Virus record (IMG/VR): IMGVR_UViG_3300032285_002884
From: a virus
Length of the DNA: 64,000 bases
Reading direction: 5' to 3' (one strand)
Positions within the stretch are counted from its first letter, which is position 1, and each line of letters begins with the position of its first letter. Positions 44,614 through 53,342 of the stretch are shown in pieces. Both the position numbers and the translations under genes were made by a program. Under the pieces are notes generated by a model. It did no database searches. It was not told where the DNA came from and was given only the letters and a program-made list of their open reading frames with translations.

Positions 44614-45940
44614 GTCTGAGTACTTTCTCGATCACGGCGATCGAGTAGTATTCGACGTCATCAACGAGTACGTCAACAAGTACAACGGCTTTCCTTCCAA
44701 GGAAGCGCTGCTCATCGAGCTCTCGAACAGGTCGGGAGTCGGTGAGAACCAATACAAGTCAATCAAGGAGACTGTCGAGTCACTCGATGTCAGAGGCGAG
44801 ACCAACGTCGACTGGCTCGTAGACCAGACCGAGAAGTTCTGCAAAGACAAGGCAGTCTACAACGCGATCATGGCGTCTATCCAGATCATCGACGACAAGA
44901 CGGGTAAGCTGTCGCCGGGGACCATCCCTCAGCTCCTCAGCGACGCACTCGGCGTAAGCTTCGATACGAACATCGGTCACGACTTCATCGAGGACGCCAC
45001 AGAGCGATTTGACTTCTATCACCAGAAACTAAACAGGGTTCCGTTCGATCTCGAGTACTTCAACACGATAACGAACGGAGGGTTGCCGAACAAAACACTT
45101 AACGTTGCTCTAGCCGGTACAGGCGTGGGTAAGTCTTTGTTTATGTGTCACTGTGCCGCCGGCAACCTAACCAAGGGACAGCGAGTGCTCTACATCACTA
45201 TGGAAATGGCTGAGAAGGAGATAGCAAAGCGCGTCGATGCTAACCTTCTCGATGTGACGATGGACGAGCTCTCGCTGCTTCCCAAGGACTTATATGACAA
45301 GAAGGTGGCAAAGGTAAGGGCCAAGACTGTCGGCAAGCTTATCATCAAGGAGTACCCGACTGCCGGTGCCGGCTCTGCCAACTTCAGACACCTTCTCAAC
45401 GAGCTCAAGATCAAGAAGAACTTCACGCCGGACATCATCTATATCGACTACCTGAACATCTGTCTGTCGTCTCGTCTCAAGCTCAGTGCCAACGTCAACT
45501 CCTACACCTACGTAAAGGCAATCGCCGAGGAGCTTCGCGGCCTAGCCGTCGAGTTCAACGTCCCGATCGTCACCGCTACCCAGACTACTCGTTCCGGCTT
45601 TGCCTCGAGTGACGTCGAGCTTACCGACACGTCAGAGTCGTTCGGTCTTCCAGCCACTGCCGACTTCATGTTCGCCCTAGTCTCAAACGAGAAGCTGGCC
45701 GACCTGAGTCAGCTTCTGGTCAAGCAGCTCAAGAACAGGTACAACGACCCTGCTAAGAACCGAAAGTTCGTAGTCGGTATTGACAGGTCAAAGATGAGAC
45801 TCTACGACGTAGAGGACTCAGCGCAGGAAGACTTACTCGACGGTCCAGTCTTCGACTCATCGAAGTTCGGGGATGAAGACAATGAGCGCGGTAAGAAGGG
45901 TAAGAAGTTCGACAAGTCAAAGTTTGAGGGATTCAAATGA
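44537..45940 (+). CDS. 41: Replicative helicase (gp41)
   Basis: AGTGVGKS, IIKEYPT, IDYLNI, SESFGLPATAD, KQLKNRY. Confidence 0.97.
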   Translation: MSIEKVIFANLLATEGFGRKVIPFLKSEYFLDHGDRVVFDVINEYVNKYNGFPSKEALLIELSNRSGVGENQYKSIKETVESLDVRGETNVDWLVDQTEKFCKDKAVYNAIMASIQIIDDKTGKLSPGTIPQLLSDALGVSFDTNIGHDFIEDATERFDFYHQKLNRVPFDLEYFNTITNGGLPNKTLNVALAGTGVGKSLFMCHCAAGNLTKGQRVLYITMEMAEKEIAKRVDANLLDVTMDELSLLPKDLYDKKVAKVRAKTVGKLIIKEYPTAGAGSANFRHLLNELKIKKNFTPDIIYIDYLNICLSSRLKLSANVNSYTYVKAIAEELRGLAVEFNVPIVTATQTTRSGFASSDVELTDTSESFGLPATADFMFALVSNEKLADLSQLLVKQLKNRYNDPAKNRKFVVGIDRSKMRLYDVEDSAQEDLLDGPVFDSSKFGDEDNERGKKGKKFDKSKFEGFK

Positions 45941-46152
45941 ACTGCGAAGTAGTCAAGTGGAACGACCGAAAGTTCTCAGTAGTCGAGAAGAGGACAGAAT
46001 GCATACTATCTGACTTTCCTAACCACAAAGATGCTAAGAACTACGCTAGGTTCTTAAACATGGGTGGTGGGTTTGACGGGTGGACTCCCTTCTTTATTTT
46101 GAAAAAAATTAATGTAGATGAGCTAGAAAATACGAGAGACTCGTATAAATAA
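45937..46152 (+). CDS. Hypothetical protein
   Basis: LNMGGGFDGWTP.F. Confidence 0.7.
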   Translation: MNCEVVKWNDRKFSVVEKRTECILSDFPNHKDAKNYARFLNMGGGFDGWTPFFILKKINVDELENTRDSYK

Positions 46153-46156
46153 CTTC

Positions 46157-46311
46157 ATGATTATATTTTTTGATCATCTCGACGTGTTTGTGTCTGCAGC
46201 ACAAGTGGCAAGCCGTAAGGATTGGAATTGACAGGTCGCCGTCTAGGTAGGTGGGGTTCCTCCTGTCCGCGTTGTTAAAGCAAGGGAAGCTCGAAAGGGC
46301 TTCCCTTTTTT
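46157..46311 (+). ncRNA. Putative late structured RNA with its own terminator
   Basis: TATAAATA 46144-51; GACAGG/CCTGTC and GGAAT/GTTCC pairings; terminator 46282-46311. Confidence 0.45.
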
Positions 46312-46356
46312 ATTAGATAAATATCATATCGCGGCTATGAGCTAATAGGATTAAGC

Positions 46357-47304
46357 ATGAAGTCTTTTAAGAGCTTTATCACCGAAGGCATAAGACAGGG
46401 TCTTCCTCACATCACTACTATGGACCATAACCAGATAAGCGATCTGGTTCACGGTGGAAAAGTCAAGATAGATCAGGCGACTGAGAAGACTGACGGATCT
46501 ACCATGATGATGGGCCACGACGAGCATGGATTCTATACACAGAGTTCGGGTTCCGGTGACGAGAGGATGAGGGAGCCCGCCGACTATATCGATAGAGCCA
46601 AGAGACGAGCTGAACAGACTGGTAAGCCTCTCGACCTGACCGCCGCTAACGCGTTCGGCGAGGCACATGCTCAGATGCAGGGCAACAAGAACCTTACCGA
46701 CCATCTTAAGCAGAGGGCTGAAGAGTCCGGCGGTGAGACCAAGGTCCGCGGTGAGCTATTCTCCAAGAGACTCTCCCGACCTTCTGAGACTCCTGGCGAG
46801 ATCAAGTTCGTCGGAACGTCTTACGACCCCAGCCACATGGGCAGCACCGGAAAGTTCGTCATCCATACCAAGCTCCCAGAGAACCAAGGACACGATGTCG
46901 AGAAGTTTAAGAACGAGTTGTCTACTCCCGGACTCAACTTCGACGACGACAACATCAAGGGCTTCAAGCCAAGCGAGATCGATGTCGCCAAGGAAGCCAA
47001 GGACCTCGGCAGCGTGAACAGGGAGCTCCTCTCTTCTAGGACTACCCCTAAGAACAAGGCTGCTAAGGAAGCCGAGAACGAGAAGCTGATGGAGATCAAG
47101 AAGAGGGTCTCCGACAAAGTCGACACACACATCAAGTCTCAAGGATTCTCTCCTAAGTGGGGTTCAGGATCCGAGGGTATCGTAGTCCACCCACCTAAGA
47201 ACTCGACAGCACCAAGATTCAAAGTAACGTCTGACGCATTCAGGGAGTACAAGGCTGACCCTGAGAACGCGAAGAAGTTCAAAGAAAGGACCCCGAAGCA
47301 ATGA
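46357..47304 (+). CDS. ATP-dependent ligase-fold nucleotidyltransferase (RNA ligase-like), capsid-targeting-like N-terminus
   Basis: EKTDGS (I), RGELF (III), SEGIVV (IV), RFKV (V); MKSFKSFITE. Confidence 0.65.
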   Translation: MKSFKSFITEGIRQGLPHITTMDHNQISDLVHGGKVKIDQATEKTDGSTMMMGHDEHGFYTQSSGSGDERMREPADYIDRAKRRAEQTGKPLDLTAANAFGEAHAQMQGNKNLTDHLKQRAEESGGETKVRGELFSKRLSRPSETPGEIKFVGTSYDPSHMGSTGKFVIHTKLPENQGHDVEKFKNELSTPGLNFDDDNIKGFKPSEIDVAKEAKDLGSVNRELLSSRTTPKNKAAKEAENEKLMEIKKRVSDKVDTHIKSQGFSPKWGSGSEGIVVHPPKNSTAPRFKVTSDAFREYKADPENAKKFKERTPKQ

Positions 47305-48785
47305 TCACTTTCAAGAACTTCATACTCAAAGAAGGCGGCAACATCAAGGTCAAGACCGTCGACGGCGAGGTAGCTGCGGCTCCGTTCAAGGTCAAGGACA
47401 GGTCAAAGCAGGCAGGCGATATCAAGGACGCTCTCGGAGCCATGCACGACTCCTTTAGTAAGGAGCACGGAGCAGACCTCTTTGGTAAAGGTAAGAAGGC
47501 ACTTAATTCAGGTTCAATGTTTGCTGGCTCGACTCGTCAGTTCATGGACTCCAGTATCCCTGATGATGAGTTCAAGAAGCACAAGCCGATCGTCGGCGAC
47601 ATCGACGCACAGTTCCCAGCTGAGCACAAGGACAAGCTAGTTACACACCTGACTCCTGGACGCAAGTTCGGTAAGTATACTGTAATCGGTACAAGGAAGC
47701 ACGGCACCGAGGTCTCTGCGGTAATCAAGCACGACAACGGCGAGCACCATCAGGTCGACTTTGAGCCAGTTCACTATCATAACGATGAGCCGACTCCAGG
47801 CGAGCAGCTTTTGCACAACTCATCATGGGAAGACACTAAGGCCGGCATAAAGGGTCTCCACCACAAGGTGCTCCTCAACGCAACGGGTCTCGACCACCAT
47901 AAGTTCTCTATCAGCCACGGACTAAGGTCTAGGTCTGATGAGTCAGACATGGGAGTCAAGGAACCTGAGCAGGTCACATCGGGACTGTTCGGCAAGAAAG
48001 CAGATCCGAGCAAGATAACGTCATTCCAGGGCGTAACGCAGCTCATCAAGAAGCACATCCCTAAGGAACAGCATCAGGCCATCTACGAGAAGTTCAGGGA
48101 CAGCGTAAGCAAGATGAAGGGTACCGACCACTCGGCAGCCCTAGCCCACCTCAGACAGCATCTGGACGTCAAGGACGCCGTCAGCGAGGAGAGCATGGGC
48201 GACCAGCACGCCTCGGCCATCCCTATGGTAGGTTTCAGCCCGATCTCTCACATGGGACACGCGCAGGACCTCGGCGGAGCGCTGAAAAAGCTTCCGGGAT
48301 CAAAGCACATCGGCATCTCCTCTAAGGCTGACGCTTTCTCTCCCGAAGAGAGAAAGTCTATCCTTAGCAGACAGTGGGGCGACACCGACAACAATCACGT
48401 CCATATCGTAGGCGGTGCAGGCGAGACTATCAGGAGAGCCCATGACTCGATGACTGGTCCTGGAAGAAAGATCCTACATATTCTCGTAGGTAAGGACAGG
48501 GCATCGTTTGCCGAGGGTCTCAAGAAGTCACTCGAGCAGGGCAAGATAAAGGAGATGGAGGGTCGCAAGTTCGACGAGGTCCACGTTCACTATCCCGAGG
48601 ATACCGAGCGGACCCACGGCATGAGCGGTACTAGGATGAGGGCGGCGGCTAACGAGGACGGCAAGGATGCCGCCGACGAGTTCCACCGCCACTTAGGTTC
48701 GATGTTCAGTCGCGATGAGTCGAACAACATCAAGAGCAAGATCAAGGCAGGAATCCAGTCAGGTAAGATCCCACTTAAGAGGTAA
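47301..48785 (+). CDS. Pol-beta-type nucleotidyltransferase fused to HIGH-type cytidylyltransferase domain
   Basis: FAGS...GDID; FSPISHMGH, VGKDR, GMSGTRMR; MITFKNFILKE. Confidence 0.65.
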   Translation: MITFKNFILKEGGNIKVKTVDGEVAAAPFKVKDRSKQAGDIKDALGAMHDSFSKEHGADLFGKGKKALNSGSMFAGSTRQFMDSSIPDDEFKKHKPIVGDIDAQFPAEHKDKLVTHLTPGRKFGKYTVIGTRKHGTEVSAVIKHDNGEHHQVDFEPVHYHNDEPTPGEQLLHNSSWEDTKAGIKGLHHKVLLNATGLDHHKFSISHGLRSRSDESDMGVKEPEQVTSGLFGKKADPSKITSFQGVTQLIKKHIPKEQHQAIYEKFRDSVSKMKGTDHSAALAHLRQHLDVKDAVSEESMGDQHASAIPMVGFSPISHMGHAQDLGGALKKLPGSKHIGISSKADAFSPEERKSILSRQWGDTDNNHVHIVGGAGETIRRAHDSMTGPGRKILHILVGKDRASFAEGLKKSLEQGKIKEMEGRKFDEVHVHYPEDTERTHGMSGTRMRAAANEDGKDAADEFHRHLGSMFSRDESNNIKSKIKAGIQSGKIPLKR

Positions 48786-48790
48786 GGTAG

Positions 48791-49396
48791 ATGAAGAGCT
48801 TCAGCGAGTACATCATAGAGAACAGCGTACACTTCTTCGACGTCGACAAGACGCTGATGGACACGGGTAGTACTCACGTGCACGTCAAGGACGAGAACGG
48901 CAATACCGTGCAGAAGCTCGACCCGCAGGAGTACAACCATCACAAGCTGCAGCCCGGTCACAGCTACGACTTCCACGAGTTCAAATCATCCGATAAGTTC
49001 GCCAAGTCAGCAAAGCCTATCCGCAAGGTGCTGGCTAAGATGAAGGCTATCAAGAAGAACGGCGGTAGGACTGAGATCTTAACTGCCCGCGCTGACTTCG
49101 ACGACAAGGACAAGTTCGCTAAGAAGTGGAAGTCTTTCGGTGTCGACATCGGTCCAGGTCAGACCCACGTCAGGCGAGCCGGTAACATCAAGCTTCCAAC
49201 TCACGAGGCTAAGGCTAAGATCATATCTGATCAGATCAAGAAGAACGGATATAAGAAAGTTCACCTGTACGACGATCACTTACCTAACATACAATCGATG
49301 ATGGACCTCAAGAAAGATCATCCCGACGTCGAGTTCCACGGATATCACGTAAAGCACGGTCCCGATGGCGTGACCATGGACCACTACAAGGCATAA
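48791..49396 (+). CDS. HAD phosphatase (PNKP 3'-phosphatase-like)
   Basis: FFDVDKTL, ILTAR, K, LYDD; MKSFSEYIIE. Confidence 0.75.
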   Translation: MKSFSEYIIENSVHFFDVDKTLMDTGSTHVHVKDENGNTVQKLDPQEYNHHKLQPGHSYDFHEFKSSDKFAKSAKPIRKVLAKMKAIKKNGGRTEILTARADFDDKDKFAKKWKSFGVDIGPGQTHVRRAGNIKLPTHEAKAKIISDQIKKNGYKKVHLYDDHLPNIQSMMDLKKDHPDVEFHGYHVKHGPDGVTMDHYKA

Positions 49397-49397
49397 G

Positions 49398-50126
49398 ATG
49401 ATAGACGAAGAGAAGCTTCTAAAAAGTTTTGCCAAGGCTCTCGGCGCTGAGAATGTGCTGTCTGCTATGGAAGAGAAGAAGATTAAAGAGAAGAAGCTTC
49501 TCGAGAGTATGGACAGGGCTCTCTATAGAATAAGCAATCCGCCGATTGAGGACTTAGCTCCAGCTGTTAATGTTAAAGAAGAACTCAAAGAAGAAGCCGT
49601 TAGTGAAGAAGTCACTCTGATTACTGAGATCGGCAGGCAACCAGAACCTCAGCTTCCAAAGAACGACATCATCAACGCTACGGTCAAGGCACTCTCTGCA
49701 GCGCCTCAAGAAAAGATCCAGCAGGTAGCAGACGGGATTCCAGACTCATACCGTAAAGAGCTCGACATCATAAAGAAGTCAATAGCCGACTTCCACAGGT
49801 TCGCTCTAAACCATTCACAGCTCGGCGGTGGCGGTGCAGGAGACATGGTCCATCTCGATCACCCTGCAAAGACCGTCTATTCAGACTATACATTTACAAA
49901 CAAAGACTACTATGTCGGAGTCGGAGCTACCCCTGCTACGATAACTTTGCCGGCCAAAGCTAAGAACGGCAGGTATATAATAATCAAAGACGAGGTCGGT
50001 AACTGCTCGTCTAACCCTATTACAGTACTCGGAACTGTCGACAACGACTCAGGCGGGTTCATTCTCGCAGAGAATAACGGCGGCGTTCAAATGATCTATA
50101 ACAATGGAAGTTGGAGAATAGTATGA
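49398..50126 (+). CDS. Hypothetical late protein
   Basis: GGGGAG linker; TITLP..GR..IIKDE.G beta domain. Confidence 0.65.
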   Translation: MIDEEKLLKSFAKALGAENVLSAMEEKKIKEKKLLESMDRALYRISNPPIEDLAPAVNVKEELKEEAVSEEVTLITEIGRQPEPQLPKNDIINATVKALSAAPQEKIQQVADGIPDSYRKELDIIKKSIADFHRFALNHSQLGGGGAGDMVHLDHPAKTVYSDYTFTNKDYYVGVGATPATITLPAKAKNGRYIIIKDEVGNCSSNPITVLGTVDNDSGGFILAENNGGVQMIYNNGSWRIV

Positions 50127-51559
50127 CGTATCTCTTTAGCAATACCATCGGCGGTAACGTCAGCATCTTCAACAGCAACAGCGTCGCTATCACGGCGACT
50201 AACAGGCTTCCGGTCGATATCGGCAACTCATCAGTTAACTTCCCTGCTACGCAGAACGTTCAGGTACTCTCGAATACTACAAACTACGTCTTCGTACAGC
50301 AAGCCCCTACTTGGTCGGTCGATGCCCTATCAAAGCTTAGGGTGTCTACTATTCAGAATCAAGACTTCTTTACTCCAGTCGTCGACGATGATACCACGTA
50401 CAAGTGGAATCAGGCAACTGTCGGTACTCTAGCAAACTCGTCTTTCCTAGCAAACACGTCTGAGATCTCCATGACATCGGGTAACTCGGCGTCAGGTTCA
50501 GTGATAAGACAGACCTACGTCAAGTACAAGATCATTCCTGGAACTTCACATACCGTCTATACTACAGTCAACTTCAGTGCAAACAGCACCGACAGCGGCG
50601 TGACTCGTCGTACTGGAATGTTTGATACCAATGACGGCATCTTCTGGGAACAGAATGCCAACACTCTCGCAGTCGTTGTTAGGAGAACTCTGGCTAACGG
50701 GTCTATAGTAGAAGATAGGACGTATGCTAACAACTTCAACACAGACAAGCTCGACGGTACCGGACCTTCAGGGTTCAATATATTCTCAAAAGGTCTGAAT
50801 AACTACTATACTTTCTGGTTCGACATGATCGGAGGCAGGACAGGTCGTATTAGATTTGGTATGGGCGGCCCCAACGGTCCTCAGATCTGTCATGTTCAGA
50901 GCTACAGCGGCGTCAACGCGCAGAACACCAACTTTATATCTGCTGCGAGCTTGCCTCTCAGAAGAGAGATCTTCAACAGCACGGTACAGCCGAACATCCC
51001 ATACTTTAACATGTCGGGAATCGCGTATCAGGCAGAAGCCCCGACTAGATACAACTCATCACCGGCTACCGCCTACAACATCAATGGCTTCGTTCCAGGA
51101 AATTCTTTGACTCCGATACTGACCATCGGTCTGAGATCGGGTACACCGTACGACCACTCAGACATATCTCCAGGAGAGTTCACTCTCGTAGAGCAGAACA
51201 ACCAAGGTAAGAACGCGACTGCGGGTACCTTCCTCTACACCGTAGTCTACAACGCAAACGTGAACGGGACTTACGCCTATGCCGGCAACAGCTCAGTCTC
51301 TAACTCGACGATAGGAAGGTCGGCTAGGCAGTGGACTTGGTCGAACACCGCTACGATCTCAGGAGGTCTAACAGTTCTCTCAGGGGTAACTCAGTCGGGC
51401 ATCGGACAGCAGATCTTCGACGGATTGCCGGACACGTTCAACCTCGGTTCGGACATAAACCGCAATCCCGCTACGCTTACCATCTGCATCCAGCAACTGA
51501 CTGCTGGCGGCGGTGCTTCAAACGTAGTCTGTACTTGGAACTTCGTAGAACAGCTCTGA
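50123..51559 (+). CDS. Probable virion structural protein
   Basis: N/T/S/G-rich; FNTDKLDGTGPSG, GRIRFG. Confidence 0.65.
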   Translation: MTYLFSNTIGGNVSIFNSNSVAITATNRLPVDIGNSSVNFPATQNVQVLSNTTNYVFVQQAPTWSVDALSKLRVSTIQNQDFFTPVVDDDTTYKWNQATVGTLANSSFLANTSEISMTSGNSASGSVIRQTYVKYKIIPGTSHTVYTTVNFSANSTDSGVTRRTGMFDTNDGIFWEQNANTLAVVVRRTLANGSIVEDRTYANNFNTDKLDGTGPSGFNIFSKGLNNYYTFWFDMIGGRTGRIRFGMGGPNGPQICHVQSYSGVNAQNTNFISAASLPLRREIFNSTVQPNIPYFNMSGIAYQAEAPTRYNSSPATAYNINGFVPGNSLTPILTIGLRSGTPYDHSDISPGEFTLVEQNNQGKNATAGTFLYTVVYNANVNGTYAYAGNSSVSNSTIGRSARQWTWSNTATISGGLTVLSGVTQSGIGQQIFDGLPDTFNLGSDINRNPATLTICIQQLTAGGGASNVVCTWNFVEQL

Positions 51560-51640
51560 TGTATAAATAAAAATGCGGTGCAGTAAAAAGGCTACGGCAA
51601 TCCTGCGCGATGTTCATGGATAAGCCCAAGGGAAACTCCA

Positions 51641-52492
51641 ATGCTAAGAAAGAACGATCTCCCTAGTCCTCAGCTAGAATTGGTTGAGCATGGCGCAGGA
51701 GATGTCGTAGTCCTCACCGACAAGATCAAGCTCTCCCTATACAAGAAGTCTAAATCCAGCGGGTTCGACACGGACACGCTAGAAGAAGTGTACCTTCGTG
51801 GGCTCGAGAGCTTCTATTCACTATACGAGAGCGTCGAGATCACAGAGACGCCAGAACAGTACGCATTCAACAGGGTTAACTCATTTATAGCGGGTGGAGC
51901 TGCAGCAGAGATGGATAAAGATCTACAAGAGAAGCGCGGCCTTTGGGACAACATCCACGCCAAGCGCGAGAGAATCAAGCACGGTTCTGGCGAACACATG
52001 AGAAAGCCTGGATCAAAGGGAGCCCCTACTGCTGATGACTTTAGATCGTCACAGGTCAAGGAAGGCGAGACCCAGTCCAAGGATCAAGACGACCCGAGCT
52101 CAAGGTTCGTCGGCACAGACTCACTGGTCAACATCTACAAGAAAGACACTCCTGGCTACATCGACACCATCAAGAAGACGGTTCGTGAGTCGGTCGAGAG
52201 GTCTGAGTGTGAGAACGGTACCTGCCCATGCATGGTCAATGAGGCCAAGTTTCAGGGCAGAGAGGTACCACTCAACAAGCCTATGAAGGGCGACGTCAAG
52301 AAGTCAAAGGTGTTCGTCAAGGATCCATCGACTGGAAACGTTAAGAAGGTAAACTTCGGCGACAAGACCCTCAGCATCAAGAAGAACCAGCCAGCTCGCA
52401 AGCGCTCCTACTGCGCACGCTCGAGTGGACAGGGTAACCTCACAGACAAGACCAAGGCTAACTACTGGTCACGTCGCGCTTGGGACTGCTGA
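51641..52492 (+). CDS. Late multi-domain protein (probable internal head protein)
   Basis: YAFNRVNSF; GLWDNIHAKR; KKVNFGD..R.SYCAR..ANYWS; TATAAATA at 51562. Confidence 0.7.
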   Translation: MLRKNDLPSPQLELVEHGAGDVVVLTDKIKLSLYKKSKSSGFDTDTLEEVYLRGLESFYSLYESVEITETPEQYAFNRVNSFIAGGAAAEMDKDLQEKRGLWDNIHAKRERIKHGSGEHMRKPGSKGAPTADDFRSSQVKEGETQSKDQDDPSSRFVGTDSLVNIYKKDTPGYIDTIKKTVRESVERSECENGTCPCMVNEAKFQGREVPLNKPMKGDVKKSKVFVKDPSTGNVKKVNFGDKTLSIKKNQPARKRSYCARSSGQGNLTDKTKANYWSRRAWDC

Positions 52493-52493
52493 A

Positions 52494-52649
52494 ATGAAGA
52501 AGTTTAGAGAATATATAGCTGAGCTGGACGTCAGAGACGCTTCTGGTAAAGTTATACATATAAAGAAGGTACCGATCAGAATGGCTGACGGCACCATCAA
52601 GATGAAAGATCCCGGTAAGAGCGGAAGCTCCGGCGGGGGTGGAAAATAA
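52494..52649 (+). CDS. Small protein with capsid-targeting-like N-terminus
   Basis: MKKFREYIAE. Confidence 0.65.
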   Translation: MKKFREYIAELDVRDASGKVIHIKKVPIRMADGTIKMKDPGKSGSSGGGGK

Positions 52650-52664
52650 ACAGGAGAAGTTAAG

Positions 52665-52895
52665 ATGGAATTTATTGTATTCTCACTATTTGGTCTCTTG
52701 ACTCTACTCGGAGTGTGGATCATCTATACTATGATGACTAAGAAAGAGAGTCTCCAGGACGCTATCAGCGACGTTGAAGTTCAAGTAAAAGCCGATGCGG
52801 TTAAGCTTGAGCAGGAAGTCGTTGATGAAGTCAAGACGGTCGTGAAGAAGGTCAGGGCTAAGAAGGCTCCAGCAGCAAATACGGCGGCTCAGTAA
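52665..52895 (+). CDS. Small membrane protein
   Basis: N-terminal TM; AGGAG SD. Confidence 0.7.
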   Translation: MEFIVFSLFGLLTLLGVWIIYTMMTKKESLQDAISDVEVQVKADAVKLEQEVVDEVKTVVKKVRAKKAPAANTAAQ

Positions 52896-52896
52896 G

Positions 52897-53331
52897 ATGA
52901 ATGAACTCATCGAGAAGATGAAGGTACTTCAGGCCAGCGTCTTCTCGCTGTACTTGAAGGCCCACTACTTTCACTGGAACGTTGAGGGACCAAACTTCCC
53001 TCAATATCATGAGTTCCTTGGTAACCTATATGAAGAGATCTTTGGCTCGATCGACACGATAGCCGAGGAGACTAGGACTCTTGGAGCCTATGCTCCAGGA
53101 TCGTTCAAGCGCTTCTCTGAGCTGACCCTCGTCGAGGACGAGCTCAACGTGCCTGATCCTCTGAGGATGATGAAGATCCTTCAGATGGACAACATGATCG
53201 TCATCGGGGAGTTGAAGAAGGCTAGAGAGCTCGCCGACACAAACGGTGCTTTCGGCTTGGTTAACTTTCTCGAAGACAGACTAGACAAGCACTGGAAACA
53301 CAACTGGATGCTGACATCCATTATCAAGTAA
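52897..53331 (+). CDS. dps: Dps family ferritin-like protein
   Basis: HYFHWNVEGPNF..YHEF, D.IAE, KHNWML. Confidence 0.93.
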   Translation: MNELIEKMKVLQASVFSLYLKAHYFHWNVEGPNFPQYHEFLGNLYEEIFGSIDTIAEETRTLGAYAPGSFKRFSELTLVEDELNVPDPLRMMKILQMDNMIVIGELKKARELADTNGAFGLVNFLEDRLDKHWKHNWMLTSIIK

Positions 53332-53342
53332 GGCAGGCTTAA

